The position numbers and the translations under genes were made by a program. A stretch of 64,000 bases of DNA from an uncultured Armatimonadetes bacterium. GTDB lineage: Bacteria; Armatimonadota; UBA5829; DTJY01. A model generated the notes under the pieces. It was not told the origin of the DNA and did no database searches. It was given only the letters and a program-made list of their open reading frames with translations. Positions 22,301 to 33,026 of the stretch are shown here, in pieces. The stretch is taken from contig OY970325.1 in assembly GCA_963717145.1 (NCBI GenBank), positions 2,688,001 through 2,752,000 of the forward strand. Reading direction: 5' to 3'. Numbering within the stretch: position 1 is the stretch's first letter; each line of letters begins with the position of its first letter.

Positions 22301-24217
22301 CTACTTCTCGGTGAGGGCAAGGAATGGCGCGGGAGCCTTGGGCACTGCCGGGAATAGCGACGGTATCACCGCTGACGCATCTGCTCCCTCGACGCCGGTT
22401 GTGACTGACGATGGAGCTTACACCACGAGTTCGACATCCCTGCATGCGACTTGGACCGCTTCGGATCCTCAGAGTGGCATCGTGGAGTACCAGTATGCCA
22501 TAGGTGATTCTATCGGCGGGAACAACATAGTAGACTGGACCTCCACAGGCACGACAGCCTCGGTCACCAGAACAGGACTGTCACTCGTCGACGGGACGAC
22601 CTACTACTTCTCAGTGAGGGCCAGGAATGGCGCGGGAACCTGGGCACCGCCGGAAACAGCAACGGTATCGCAGCCGACGCGTCCGCTCCCACGATACCGG
22701 TTGTCCTTGATGATGGAGCCTACACCTCGAATACGACGACCCTGCATGCAAGCTGGGGCGCCTTCGATCCTCAGAGCGGCATCCAGGAGTACCAGTATGC
22801 GATCGGTACTTCCATCGGAGGGAACAACATCGTGGACTGGACGTCCACAGGCACGACAACCGGAGTCACCAGGACGGGGCTGTCGCTTACCGACGGGACG
22901 GCCTACTTCTTCTCCGTGAGGGCAATGAACGGCGCGGGAGCCTGGGGTACTTCCGGAAACAGCGACGGTATCACCGCTGACGCGTCTGCTCCTTCGACGC
23001 CGGTAGTCACGGACGATGGCGCATACACCTCTAGTTCAACATCACTCCATGCGACCTGGACCGCGTCTTCCGATCCGCACAGCGGCATTCAGGAGTATCA
23101 GTACGCGATCGGTACCTCCGTTGGCGGAAACAACATCGTGGACTGGACGACCACAGGAATGAGCACTGCGGTCACCAAGACAGGGCTATCGCTCGTCGAT
23201 GGGACAACCTACTACTTCTCGGTGAAGTCGAGGAACGGCTGCCGGTGCCGGGGCACTGCCGGAAACAGTGACGGAATCACCATGGCCTCGGATCCTCCGT
23301 CGACGCCGGTGGTCACTGACGACGGCGACTACACGCTGCCGGATATGCTCCATGCGACATGGGTCGTCGCGAATCCGCACGGGGCCATCATGGAGTATCA
23401 GCTTTCGATCGGAACGTCGGTCGGAGGAACCGATATTCTGGGCTGGACCTCCGCCGGGACTGCTACCGATGTCACGCGGACTCTGCTCTCCCTCGAAGAG
23501 GGCAACACGTATTACATGAACGTCAAAGCCCGAAATGCCGCCGGACTCTGGAGCGCAGTCGGCTCGAGCAATGGGATCGTAGTCCCGCCCGCATTCGCAT
23601 CCATCCTGGACGCGAAGTCAGTGCCGAACGGACAGGGGATGAGGCTGAGCGGCAAGGTGGTCACAGCCGGCACCGCGAGCCTTCCCGACCTGCCCGGACC
23701 GGCCTACTTCTACATCCAGGAATCGAGTGGCATCATCGGCATCAAGGTCGTCAACTCGACGACGATCGCGACCGGAAGTATCGTCGATATCGCCGGTGTG
23801 ATCGAGGCTCCGGACGGGGAGCGACAGATCACCGCTTCCGTCACAAGGGTGGTCGGACCGAGCGGAACAGTGCCTGGCGCTATCAATATGGCCGACAAAG
23901 CGATCGGCGGCGCCGCGCTCAATCTGTACACACCCGGCGTATACATGGACTCCGGCCCACATAATGTGGGTTCAATTATCAAAAGTTGGGGTAAAGTAAC
24001 ATACGCTGGAGGGGTAGGCGTAGACTACTTCTACCTGAACGGCGGCTGCTTCCTGAGGGATGGATCAGGCCACGTAGGCATCAAAATCTACTGCGGCACA
24101 CTCACGAAACCGGCTGTCGGTTCCTCCGTACTCGTAACGGGCATCAGTTCCTGTGAACCGTTCTCCAGCAATCTGGTGCGCCGAGTGCTCGCCACGGAGA
24201 TAATCGAATACCCATAG
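16389..24217 (+). CDS. Giant secreted adhesin-like protein (~2600 aa): N-terminal propeller-like repeats, 16 FN3-like repeats, shared C-terminal domain; split by four apparent -1 indels
   Basis: ORFs 16356-18773, 18770-20107, 19924-21798, 21627-22919 and 22832-24217 join if single bases are restored at ~18735, ~19914, ~21731 and ~22643. About 12 PxxAWNGTNxLVxWxDxR...IYGxRV repeats, then VTDDG...SLHAxW...YxYAIGT...YYFSVxARNGAG repeats. Confidence 0.85.
18758..23585 (+). repeat. Intragenic tandem array of 16 x ~303-bp FN3-like units
   Basis: (V/x)xDDG unit starts at ~18770, 19073, 19373, 19676, 19978, 20281, 20584, 20887, 21187, 21493, 21795, 22098, 22401, 22703, 23006 and 23312. Confidence 0.9.
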
Positions 24218-24236
24218 CGAAGGATGTGTTGACCGA

Positions 24237-27200
24237 TTGACTGTGGACAGACTGCTGTCCCGAATCAAGCCGACGTTGTGCAGCGCGCTCATTGCGAGCG
24301 CGCTGCTATTCGCATCTGAGGCCGTTAATGCTGAGCTTGCGTCAGGAATCTGGCCCAAGTTTCACGCCAATACTCGCAACACGGGTCTGAGCACCATCAA
24401 CGGGCCCGACGGTGACAGCCTGGACTGGATGTTCACTACCGGCGGCGAGATCGCATCATCCCCCGCCATCGCACCGAACGGCAGGATCTACTTCACTTCC
24501 CGAGACCAGTATCTGTATGCAGTGAATCCTGACGGAACGATGGCCTGGCGCTATGACATCAACACGACCCTCGCGGCCTCATCGCCGGCGATTGGCGCAG
24601 ACGGCACCGTGTACGTGGGCTCCGAGGATCTCTACATCTACGCCATCAACGCCGACGGAACGCTGAAGTGGCGCAAGGGGCTTGGCGGGCAGATCTCGTC
24701 ATCTCCTACGATCGGCTCGGACGGCAGGATCTACGTAGGGGTAGCGAACGGCAGATTGTATGCTCTGAACCCCGATGGCGTCATCGCCTGGGGATTTCAG
24801 ACGGGCGCGGCTGTCGTATCCTGTGCGGCCATCGGCTCGGATGGCACAATCTACGTGACATCCAAGGACTACTACTTCTACGCATTGACTCCGGGCGGCT
24901 CGATGCGTTGGCGGTTCGCCACCGGCAACAGGATCGAATCATCGCCCGCAATCAGCGATGCCGGCATGCTGGTCTTCGGAAGCGACGATGGTAAGCTCTA
25001 CTCCAGAACACCGACCAACGGTGCGAACTGGAGCTACACCATCGGCTCGATAGTGAGATCGTCACCCGCTTTCGGCCCGGACGGCACAGTCTACGTCGGA
25101 GCGGACGACGGCTACCTCTATGCCTTCCAGGCGAATGGCGTGTTCAAGTGGCGCTACAACACCGGGGGAGTCGTCAGGTCGTCGCCCGCAGTCGGCAGCG
25201 ATGGCGTTGTCTATGTGGGCTCGCAGGATCACGGCATCTACGCGATCAACCCGGACGGCACGCTCCGATGGCGACACGATACCGGAGGGCAGGTCAACTC
25301 CTCACCGGCTATCGGAGCCGGCGGCAAGCTGTATGCGGCTTCTCTGGATGGCAAGCTGTATGCCTTCAGGAGCGATCTGACGCCCCCATCGCAGCCCTCG
25401 GTGGTCGATGATGGAAACTACTCCACGAGTGCGAACTCCCTTCATGCCCTGTGGAGTTCATCGGATCCCCAGTCGGGAATCGCCGAATACGTATATGCGA
25501 TCGGCACGCAGCCGCAGTTCACCGACGTGGCCGGCTGGACATCTGCGGGAACTGCGACCGAGATAACTCGCGGCGGGCTCCCCCTAATCAACGCGACCGT
25601 TTACTACATCTCTGTGAAGGCACGGAACGGCGCGGGTCTCTGGTCCGAGATCGGCTCGAGCGACGGCGTAGTGGTGGACTTCACCGCACCGACTATCCCG
25701 ATCGTGACCGACGACGGAGCGTTCACAGCATCCCCGAGTACTCTCCATGCTTCGTGGAGCGCATCCGACCCGGAAACCGGCGTGGCGGCATATGAGTATT
25801 GCATAGGAACGAGCCCCGGTTCGACCGACGTCTCGGCCTGGACATCTGCGGGCACTTCGGCGGAGGTGACCAGGACTGATCTGAGCCTGACGAGCGGGAC
25901 CACCTGCTACTTCGCAGTCCGAGCGAGAAGCGTCGCCGGGCTGTGGAGCGACCCCGGGATCAGCGATGGAATCGTCATCGACCTGACACCACCTCCTGCG
26001 CCAATTGCCTCCGACGACGGAGATTACACATCGAGCCCGGATTCGCTCCGTGCCTCCTGGACCGCGAGCGATCCGGAGTCGGGCATCACGGGATATGAGT
26101 ATTCGATCGGATCCACGCTCGGGGGCGATGACATCGTGGGATGGACACCGATCGGAGTCGCGACCGAGGTCACCGCCGGCGGATTGTCGCTCTCCTCCGA
26201 CACGACTTACTACTTCTCCGTCCGTGCCTTGAACGCCGCCGGTCTGTGGAGCGATCCCGGAAACAGCAACGGGATCACCGTTGACCTGTCCCAGCCTTCG
26301 ACTCCGACAGTGACGGACGATGGAGTCGCCACATCCTCGCCAGGCGCACTGCACGCCGCGTGGTCATCCGGCGATGCAGAGAGTGGTATCGTCGAGTACA
26401 GCTATGCGATCGGCACATCGCCCGGAGCCACCGACGTCGCCGGGTGGACATCCGCCGCAAGTGCGACCGAAGTCACGCGGGACAACCTGAGCCTGGTCAG
26501 CGGAACGACCTACTACTTCGCAGTGAAGGCACGAAACGGCGCGGGCCAATGGTCGGTGGTAGGTATGAGCGATGGCATTCTCGTGGACCTCACCGCCCCG
26601 ACTGCGCCCGTCGTCACCGATGACGGCCAGTTTACCGTGTCGGGGGATACTCTTCACGCAGCGTGGAGCGCTTCTGATCCCGAAACCGGAGTCTCGGCAT
26701 ACGAGTACTGCATCGGAACCGGGCCTGCTCTCACTGATGTCATTCCGTGGACTTCGACAGGCGTCTCGACGGAGGTCACGCGAAACGGACTGGTTCTCTC
26801 GAGCGGAACGACCTACTACTTCGGGGTGCGAGCGAAGAACGGCGTCGGGCTCTGGAGCATAGTCGGGGCAAGCGATGGCATCCTGGCAGATCGCACTGCG
26901 CCCGGCACGCCGATCGTCACAGATGACGGCCAATTCACCTCGGCGACAAACAGGCTTCACGCTTCGTGGACAGCGACCGACGCGGAGTCAGGGATCATTG
27001 AGTATCAATACTCTGTCGGGACGTCCAACGACGGCACGGATATCGTCGGATGGACCTCGGCCGGCGCCGCGACCGAGGTCACCATCGAGGGGCTTTCACT
27101 CTCCGACGGCGGAACGTACTACATCTCCGTACGCGCCAAGGACAACGTCGGCTGGTGGGGTGCTCCCGGGAGCAGCGACGGGATCACCGTTGATCTCTCG

Positions 27201-29495
27201 AAACCGTCGACTCCAATGGTGACCGATGACGGCGATATCACGTACTCATTTGGCTCCCTGCACGCCGTCTGGGAGGCGGACGATGCTCAGAGCGGCATTG
27301 CGGAATACAGCTATGCGATCGGCACATCCCCGTATGCGACGGACGTAGCAGGCTGGACATCTTCCGGTCCGTCGGCCGGGATCAACAGGACCGGCTTGTC
27401 GCTCACCGATGGCATCTCCTACTACTTCACGGTCAAGGCAAGAAACGGAGCCGGACTCTGGAGCGATGTGGGAGTCAGCGACGGCATCAGTTGCATGGCA
27501 GCCTCGGCCTGGCCGAAGTTCCGGGCCAATGCCATGAACAGCGGAGTAAGCGAGTTCCAGGGATCCCAGTATGGCGCTCTCCTCTGGGAGTTCTCCACCT
27601 ACGGATGGGTCGAATCGTCACCGGCGATTGCAGGCGACGGGACGGTATATATCGGGTCGAGCGACGGCGCGCTGTACGCCATCGGTCGTGACGGCAACAT
27701 GCAGTGGCATCTGGAGACGGGAGGTCCCGTCGATTCCTCTCCCGCGATCGGCCCGCACGGTGAGATCTACTTCGGCTCGTACGACTTTCATCTCTATTGT
27801 GTCAGCGCGAGCGGCGCGCTCAAATGGAGCTACCGGACTTCAGACATGATCTGGTCCTCACCGGTCGTATCCGCCGATGGCACGGTGTATGTGGGCTCGC
27901 AGGACGGTTGCCTCTACGCGATCCGGCCCGACGGCACTCTGCGCTGGAAGTATCAGTCAGGCGGAGCGGTCTGGTCGTCGCCGGCGCTCAGCGAGGACGG
28001 AGTCCTCTACTTCGGCAGCGGAGATAACTACATCTACGCAATCGACGCCGAGACCGGAGACTTCGTATGGAGGTACCGGACGGACACGGCGGTCGACTCG
28101 TCACCCTGCATCGGCCCCGACGGCACGATATACGCGGGATCGGGCGACAACTACTTCTACGCGCTGAACCCTGATGGAACCCTGAAGTGGCGCGTCTACA
28201 CCGGCTGGCCGACCGATTCCTCCGCCGCGATAGGCCCGGATGGCACGATATACGTCGGGGCGGGCCATAACTGGACATACGGCATGCTGTTTGCATTCAA
28301 TCCCGACGGCACTCAGAAGTGGGTCTACGAGCTGGCTGGACAAGTCAAGTCATCGCCTGCTGTCGGCGCAGACGGGGTGATCTACTTCGGAGCGGGTGAC
28401 GGATATGTGTACGCATTGGACTCTGACGGCACTCTGAAATGGCGTCACTACACGGAAGCGGCAGTCTTGTCATCCCCCGCCATCCACAGGGACGGGATGG
28501 TATGTGTCGGATCGAGCACCGGCCGCGTCTACGCATTCAAGGATTCCGGCATCGATGACGGTACCCCGCCAACCAGACCCATCGTCACCGATGAAGGCGC
28601 CGCCACGCTCAGCACGGACAGCCTGACCGCATCCTGGACATGCAGTGACCCTGAGTCCGGGATCGCCGAATACCGATATGCCATTGGCACGTGGCCCGGC
28701 ACTGAGAACATCATCCCGTGGACTTCGGCAGGCACGCAGACCTCAGTGACGAGAAACGACCTGAGCCTGACCCAGGGAACGACCTACTACTTCTCCGTGA
28801 AGGCGCGAAACACGGCTCGCATGTGGAGTCTTACAGGAGTATCCGACGGAATCACCGCCGTTCGCGCCGAAAACACTCGGAGCATCGGCGCAACGGAGCA
28901 CCTGCCGGACGAAACGCTCGTCTATCTTGAGAGTAAGGTTACGACCGCCTCGTTTGCCGATTGCTTCTACGTCCAGGAGGGCGATCGATCCGCGGGCATC
29001 AAGATCCTGCCAAACGGAAGGCCGATCCCGCCTGAGGGCACGTCGGTGACGCTGGTTGGCAGGATGACAACCGACAATGGTGAAGCCGCGATCCTCCTCG
29101 CCACGATCCACGGTGCGGACATCATGCCAATGCCAAGGCCCATGGGCATGGTGGCCCGGGCTACCTGCCTTGGGTTACAGGCGGACCTGCGAACGGCAGG
29201 CCCTCCCGGAGTCGGATTAGAGGCGATCGGACTGCTGGTCGTCGCGCACGGGCGGATCACCGCCGTGATGTCGGATTGCTTCTTCGTAGATGATGGTTCC
29301 GGAGCGACTGACGTTTCCGGCATCCCCGGGGTGAAGGTGCGCACTCAGGGCCTCTCACCAGGGCGAACAATCGCTCCCCCTGGAGCAGTCGGCGACTGGG
29401 CGAGGGTGACGGGAGTGCTCGCCATCGAGCGCACCGCCGCTATCTTCAAGCGTGTGCTTCGTCCGCGCTCCCAGGATGACGCTGCAAAGTCCTGA
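24237..29495 (+). CDS. Giant secreted protein: PQQ-like propeller, 7 FN3-like repeats, second PQQ-like propeller, 1 repeat, shared C-terminal domain
   Basis: Intact 1752-aa ORF; both propellers begin WPKF(H/R)AN; same VTDDG repeat and C-terminal domain as the upstream gene. Confidence 0.9.
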   Translation: MTVDRLLSRIKPTLCSALIASALLFASEAVNAELASGIWPKFHANTRNTGLSTINGPDGDSLDWMFTTGGEIASSPAIAPNGRIYFTSRDQYLYAVNPDGTMAWRYDINTTLAASSPAIGADGTVYVGSEDLYIYAINADGTLKWRKGLGGQISSSPTIGSDGRIYVGVANGRLYALNPDGVIAWGFQTGAAVVSCAAIGSDGTIYVTSKDYYFYALTPGGSMRWRFATGNRIESSPAISDAGMLVFGSDDGKLYSRTPTNGANWSYTIGSIVRSSPAFGPDGTVYVGADDGYLYAFQANGVFKWRYNTGGVVRSSPAVGSDGVVYVGSQDHGIYAINPDGTLRWRHDTGGQVNSSPAIGAGGKLYAASLDGKLYAFRSDLTPPSQPSVVDDGNYSTSANSLHALWSSSDPQSGIAEYVYAIGTQPQFTDVAGWTSAGTATEITRGGLPLINATVYYISVKARNGAGLWSEIGSSDGVVVDFTAPTIPIVTDDGAFTASPSTLHASWSASDPETGVAAYEYCIGTSPGSTDVSAWTSAGTSAEVTRTDLSLTSGTTCYFAVRARSVAGLWSDPGISDGIVIDLTPPPAPIASDDGDYTSSPDSLRASWTASDPESGITGYEYSIGSTLGGDDIVGWTPIGVATEVTAGGLSLSSDTTYYFSVRALNAAGLWSDPGNSNGITVDLSQPSTPTVTDDGVATSSPGALHAAWSSGDAESGIVEYSYAIGTSPGATDVAGWTSAASATEVTRDNLSLVSGTTYYFAVKARNGAGQWSVVGMSDGILVDLTAPTAPVVTDDGQFTVSGDTLHAAWSASDPETGVSAYEYCIGTGPALTDVIPWTSTGVSTEVTRNGLVLSSGTTYYFGVRAKNGVGLWSIVGASDGILADRTAPGTPIVTDDGQFTSATNRLHASWTATDAESGIIEYQYSVGTSNDGTDIVGWTSAGAATEVTIEGLSLSDGGTYYISVRAKDNVGWWGAPGSSDGITVDLSKPSTPMVTDDGDITYSFGSLHAVWEADDAQSGIAEYSYAIGTSPYATDVAGWTSSGPSAGINRTGLSLTDGISYYFTVKARNGAGLWSDVGVSDGISCMAASAWPKFRANAMNSGVSEFQGSQYGALLWEFSTYGWVESSPAIAGDGTVYIGSSDGALYAIGRDGNMQWHLETGGPVDSSPAIGPHGEIYFGSYDFHLYCVSASGALKWSYRTSDMIWSSPVVSADGTVYVGSQDGCLYAIRPDGTLRWKYQSGGAVWSSPALSEDGVLYFGSGDNYIYAIDAETGDFVWRYRTDTAVDSSPCIGPDGTIYAGSGDNYFYALNPDGTLKWRVYTGWPTDSSAAIGPDGTIYVGAGHNWTYGMLFAFNPDGTQKWVYELAGQVKSSPAVGADGVIYFGAGDGYVYALDSDGTLKWRHYTEAAVLSSPAIHRDGMVCVGSSTGRVYAFKDSGIDDGTPPTRPIVTDEGAATLSTDSLTASWTCSDPESGIAEYRYAIGTWPGTENIIPWTSAGTQTSVTRNDLSLTQGTTYYFSVKARNTARMWSLTGVSDGITAVRAENTRSIGATEHLPDETLVYLESKVTTASFADCFYVQEGDRSAGIKILPNGRPIPPEGTSVTLVGRMTTDNGEAAILLATIHGADIMPMPRPMGMVARATCLGLQADLRTAGPPGVGLEAIGLLVVAHGRITAVMSDCFFVDDGSGATDVSGIPGVKVRTQGLSPGRTIAPPGAVGDWARVTGVLAIERTAAIFKRVLRPRSQDDAAKS

Positions 29496-29766
29496 CAGCC
29501 TCACCTCCACCAGACGCATCGATAATAAATCTCCGATATGGTTTAACGCTGACTAGCATAGGGAAATAACCCCACTGGATGTCTCAGCAGGCAAGCATGA
29601 CTCGATTACCGCCGAGGAAGGTGCCCGGGCTGGCTCGGAAGGTATGCAGCCGATGTCATGTGGTGTGTGGAACGGACCCATCGGTGGTTCACTGCGCTGG
29701 GATCAGAGGTTCGAGCGCCTGCTCCGACTTCTCCAATCAATGATTCAAAGGAGGAATCGCACTGCA

Positions 29767-30651
29767 ATGAAGAAAACACTGTTAGTCCTCACAGCCGTTC
29801 TGCTTGTCATGTCAGTCCCTGCGTACGCGGCCAGAGTATTGGCGGTACCGATCACCCATGAGCCGTCGCTGGTACTCCAGGCTTATCCAGGTGACAGCGG
29901 TGGCACGAACCTGGAGTTCCTTGGCTATCTGGGTACAGGCGATGACGTGATCTCATCTGTTCCGGGAATTCTGTCGATCGTCCCCGGCGACAACTGGGAG
30001 AACTTTATCGGCGCCGCCCAGGAGGATCCTGCGGTCCCCTACACGATCAAGAACGTGGTCCTGTGCAAGCAGACCCCGTCGATCATCCAGTGCGCAGACG
30101 TCTTCCCTGCGAAGACCATCTGCCAGCAGGGCACACCGAATATCCGCCTCTGGTGGCCTCTGATGTACGAGGCTCCTGGAACTTGCTGGACGCTCACCAT
30201 CCTCTACGGAACTTCCGTTCCCTACGATGATGACGGCGCCGGCCCGAACCCGGCCGGCTACGTTCACACCGAAGTCTGGGTCTGGTGCGTCGATGCAACA
30301 CTCGATAGCCTGTCCAATCTGTTGGAGCTCTTCCACGAGCTTCCGTTCGGCTTGGACGAGGTTCCCCTGATCTCCGATGAGGAGTTGTACCCGATCCTCC
30401 AGGAAAAGATCGATGCGATCATAGCGGCACTCGCGGCAGATCCGCCTGATCTGGGGACTGCAGGGGCTATCCTCAGCGATTTCGAGATGGAGGTTCAGGA
30501 CGCTTGCATCCCTGTCTCGCCAATGGCCCCGAACCCGACCGGTCCCGGAACCGGCATTGCTGCCACGCTGGAGAATCCGGCATGCTGCAAGCTCATGGTT
30601 GACGCCGAGTACATCGGCTTCGACCTCGGCATCTTCCAGCCGAGCAAGTAG
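29767..30651 (+). CDS. Secreted ENPACCK-domain protein, paralog 6 (closest to paralog 1)
   Basis: RBS AAGGAGG before ATG 29767; signal peptide PAYA|AR; central region nearly identical to 8409-9290. Confidence 0.9.
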   Translation: MKKTLLVLTAVLLVMSVPAYAARVLAVPITHEPSLVLQAYPGDSGGTNLEFLGYLGTGDDVISSVPGILSIVPGDNWENFIGAAQEDPAVPYTIKNVVLCKQTPSIIQCADVFPAKTICQQGTPNIRLWWPLMYEAPGTCWTLTILYGTSVPYDDDGAGPNPAGYVHTEVWVWCVDATLDSLSNLLELFHELPFGLDEVPLISDEELYPILQEKIDAIIAALAADPPDLGTAGAILSDFEMEVQDACIPVSPMAPNPTGPGTGIAATLENPACCKLMVDAEYIGFDLGIFQPSK

Positions 30652-30728
30652 CGGCAATGCTCATACCCCCGGGCTTGGGGAAGTGTTGAGTTAGCTGTCG
30701 AACGAACCGAATATCAGTAGTGACAACT

Positions 30729-30772
30729 AGACCCTCCATCCTCCTTCTACTGAGAAGGAGGATGGAGGGTCT
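30729..30772. terminator. Bidirectional terminator-like perfect hairpin
   Basis: AGACCCTCCATCCTCCTTCT-ACTG-AGAAGGAGGATGGAGGGTCT, a 20-bp perfect stem between convergent genes. Confidence 0.8.
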
Positions 30773-30812
30773 CTCTCTTGTCGCTATGGAGGAAAAGCGA
30801 TCAGCGTCAGAG

Positions 30813-32558
30813 CTACTTCACTGTCTGAAACGCGCCGGTCGTTCTGCCAATGTACTCAATGTCTGCGAGCAGCTTGCAGCACGCGGGGTTCTCTTCGCTA
30901 TTGGCAATCCCAGTCCCCGGTCCGGTCGGACGCGGCCTCGCAGGGGAAACCGATATGCAGGCGTCCATGACTTCCATCTCGAAGTCGCCCAGCAGCATCG
31001 CCGCCGAGAGCAGATCCGGCTCCGGCCCGTCCAGGGCTTCCGCTATGCCGCCCAGCTTAGCGAGGAGCACAGGATAGAGCACCTCGTCGGAGATGAGCGG
31101 CACCTCGTCGAGGCCGAACGGCAGCTCGTGGAACAGCGCGAGCAGGTCCTTCATGCTGTCCAGAGTCGCATCCATGTACCACTGTCGCGTCTGGGAGTGA
31201 TAGTAGCCGGCCGGGTTCGGGCCGGCGCCGTCATCGTCGTACTGGTTGTTGGTTCCGTACTGGATTGTGAGCGTCCATGTGGTACCCGGGACCTCGTACA
31301 TCAGAGGCCACCAGCGGCGGATGCCGGAGGTACCCTGCTGGCAGATGGTCTTCGCAGGGAAGACGTCGGCACACTGGATGATCGACGGGGTCTGCTTGCA
31401 GAGAGTGACGTTCTTCAGGTTGTAGGGTATGCCTTCCTGCGCAGCTCGGACGAAATTCGACCATTTGTCACCCGGTACGATCGAGAGCACTCCGGGTACG
31501 GCCGAGATCGTGTCGCCGGAGTTTCCCAGGTGACCCATATAGTGTACGTTCGTGCCCTCGGAGCTGCCCGGGTATGCCTGAAGCAGTGCGTGCGGACCCG
31601 GAGGAGGCGGAGGCTCGACCGCCGCATTCGCGACCCAGAAGGCGACCGTCACCGGTACGATCTGACCGGGAGCCAGGTTGCCAAGAGACCATTTCATAGC
31701 GCCGGCGATCTCAGTCGGCCCCGCGGAAGGGGTGTTGGGAAGCGTGTCGGCGTATATGTTCTGAAGAATACCCGGGGGCGGTGCGCCAACGTGCCCTGCC
31801 AGGGTTCCCAGCCCGAACGCTGTCGGCTGGACACTCGAACTGAACCCGACGAGGTCACTTCCCTCCGGCTCCCGCAACGATGCACCGAATGTGGTGATAT
31901 CGTAGTGGTGTTCCGGCATGCCGCCCTGGTTGTAGAGAGTGGGATCGAATACGCCGAAATTGTTGGGTAAGTTGTCGTCGTTGGGATGCGAGTGCAAGAG
32001 CTGGTAGAACGCGAAATTGTTCAGCGCCGAACCCGAGATATTCTGGATCCGATACGTCTGTACCATGACATACTGCGAACTGAACAACGGCCCCTCGGAG
32101 CCTAAGCCGCCAGGTCTCAGACCGATGGCCATGCCACCCGGAACGAGCCGCATCTCGACAATCAAGTCGATCAGGAGTTCCTCGTTGACAATACGGCCGC
32201 TGCCACTATTGTTTCCCGGTACGGGATTCGCGGGATCATGGAAGGTGGTCAAAGGACCTACGACTTCGAACGTGGAGTTTGTATCGACACCCGCACCCAG
32301 GAGTTTCGGCGGAAGAAACATGGACTCTCCGCCGTCTGTCGGGATGCCGTCGAATCTCACCGCCGCCGCCCAATCGCCAGTAAGGACCTCGTGGGCCGGG
32401 ATCGCGGGGAATGTTACCAACACTCGGTTGGAGTAGCCGAAACCATCAAGCAGGATCTGCCAGTCGGGAGACTGCAAATCCTGCGCATGCGCCTGCATCC
32501 CTGCCGCGAACAGAACGATGCACACCAAAACGAACCAATGTCTGCTAATCAGATGCAT
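30813..32558 (-). CDS. Secreted passenger domain + poly-Pro linker + C-terminal ENPACCK domain (copy 7)
   Basis: ATG 32558 with RBS GGAGGAGAGG; signal peptide AHA|Q; ~290-aa unknown beta-rich domain, EPPPPPGP linker, then LLQAYPG...ENPACCKLLADIEY. Confidence 0.88.
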   Translation of the reverse strand: MHLISRHWFVLVCIVLFAAGMQAHAQDLQSPDWQILLDGFGYSNRVLVTFPAIPAHEVLTGDWAAAVRFDGIPTDGGESMFLPPKLLGAGVDTNSTFEVVGPLTTFHDPANPVPGNNSGSGRIVNEELLIDLIVEMRLVPGGMAIGLRPGGLGSEGPLFSSQYVMVQTYRIQNISGSALNNFAFYQLLHSHPNDDNLPNNFGVFDPTLYNQGGMPEHHYDITTFGASLREPEGSDLVGFSSSVQPTAFGLGTLAGHVGAPPPGILQNIYADTLPNTPSAGPTEIAGAMKWSLGNLAPGQIVPVTVAFWVANAAVEPPPPPGPHALLQAYPGSSEGTNVHYMGHLGNSGDTISAVPGVLSIVPGDKWSNFVRAAQEGIPYNLKNVTLCKQTPSIIQCADVFPAKTICQQGTSGIRRWWPLMYEVPGTTWTLTIQYGTNNQYDDDGAGPNPAGYYHSQTRQWYMDATLDSMKDLLALFHELPFGLDEVPLISDEVLYPVLLAKLGGIAEALDGPEPDLLSAAMLLGDFEMEVMDACISVSPARPRPTGPGTGIANSEENPACCKLLADIEYIGRTTGAFQTVK

Positions 32559-33026
32559 TTTCCGAACCTCTCCTCCATAGAATTGCTTCCGGCAGGGACT
32601 CGAGGTTGCCATACACACTGTTTATTCCCAACTAGCTTGCTCTTCAACCGTGTGATCGAAAAAAACTTTGCAGGAGAAATCAACCAAGCGCCGAATATGG
32701 GCACTACGGTACCACAAGCGCTAACTCTGCGAGCGGTTTACCTTAAAGCGTTGTTCTGCAGATGCTCTCTGCAATCTAGGTTTAGGACAAAGAACAATGT
32801 GGGTATCGCCAACCATGCTATTGATCGAATGGGTAGTGACACCGATGGTTAGCCGCACTGAGCACTGATCTCGTTGTCTACTCATCTGTTTGGCAACTGT
32901 CGAGTTTGGGTAAAGTACTGTAATGTAACTCAACCGCTAAACTGGCGTATGAACGCTTGTATACAGGCGGATGCGGCGCACTCATGATAATGACCTGCAT
33001 CGAAAGCAGGCGGGAGGGACCTCAAG

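Noticed and set aside
18758-23585. CRISPR array or diversity-generating retroelement TR/VR pair
   Set aside because: The repeats are ~303-bp in-frame coding units without spacers. Differences are not adenine-specific, and no cas or reverse transcriptase gene is present.
8172-29668. Shared leader motif (CGATG.CAT...GTGGTGTGT) upstream of paralogs 1 and 6
   Set aside because: The match is short with different spacing and could be chance.
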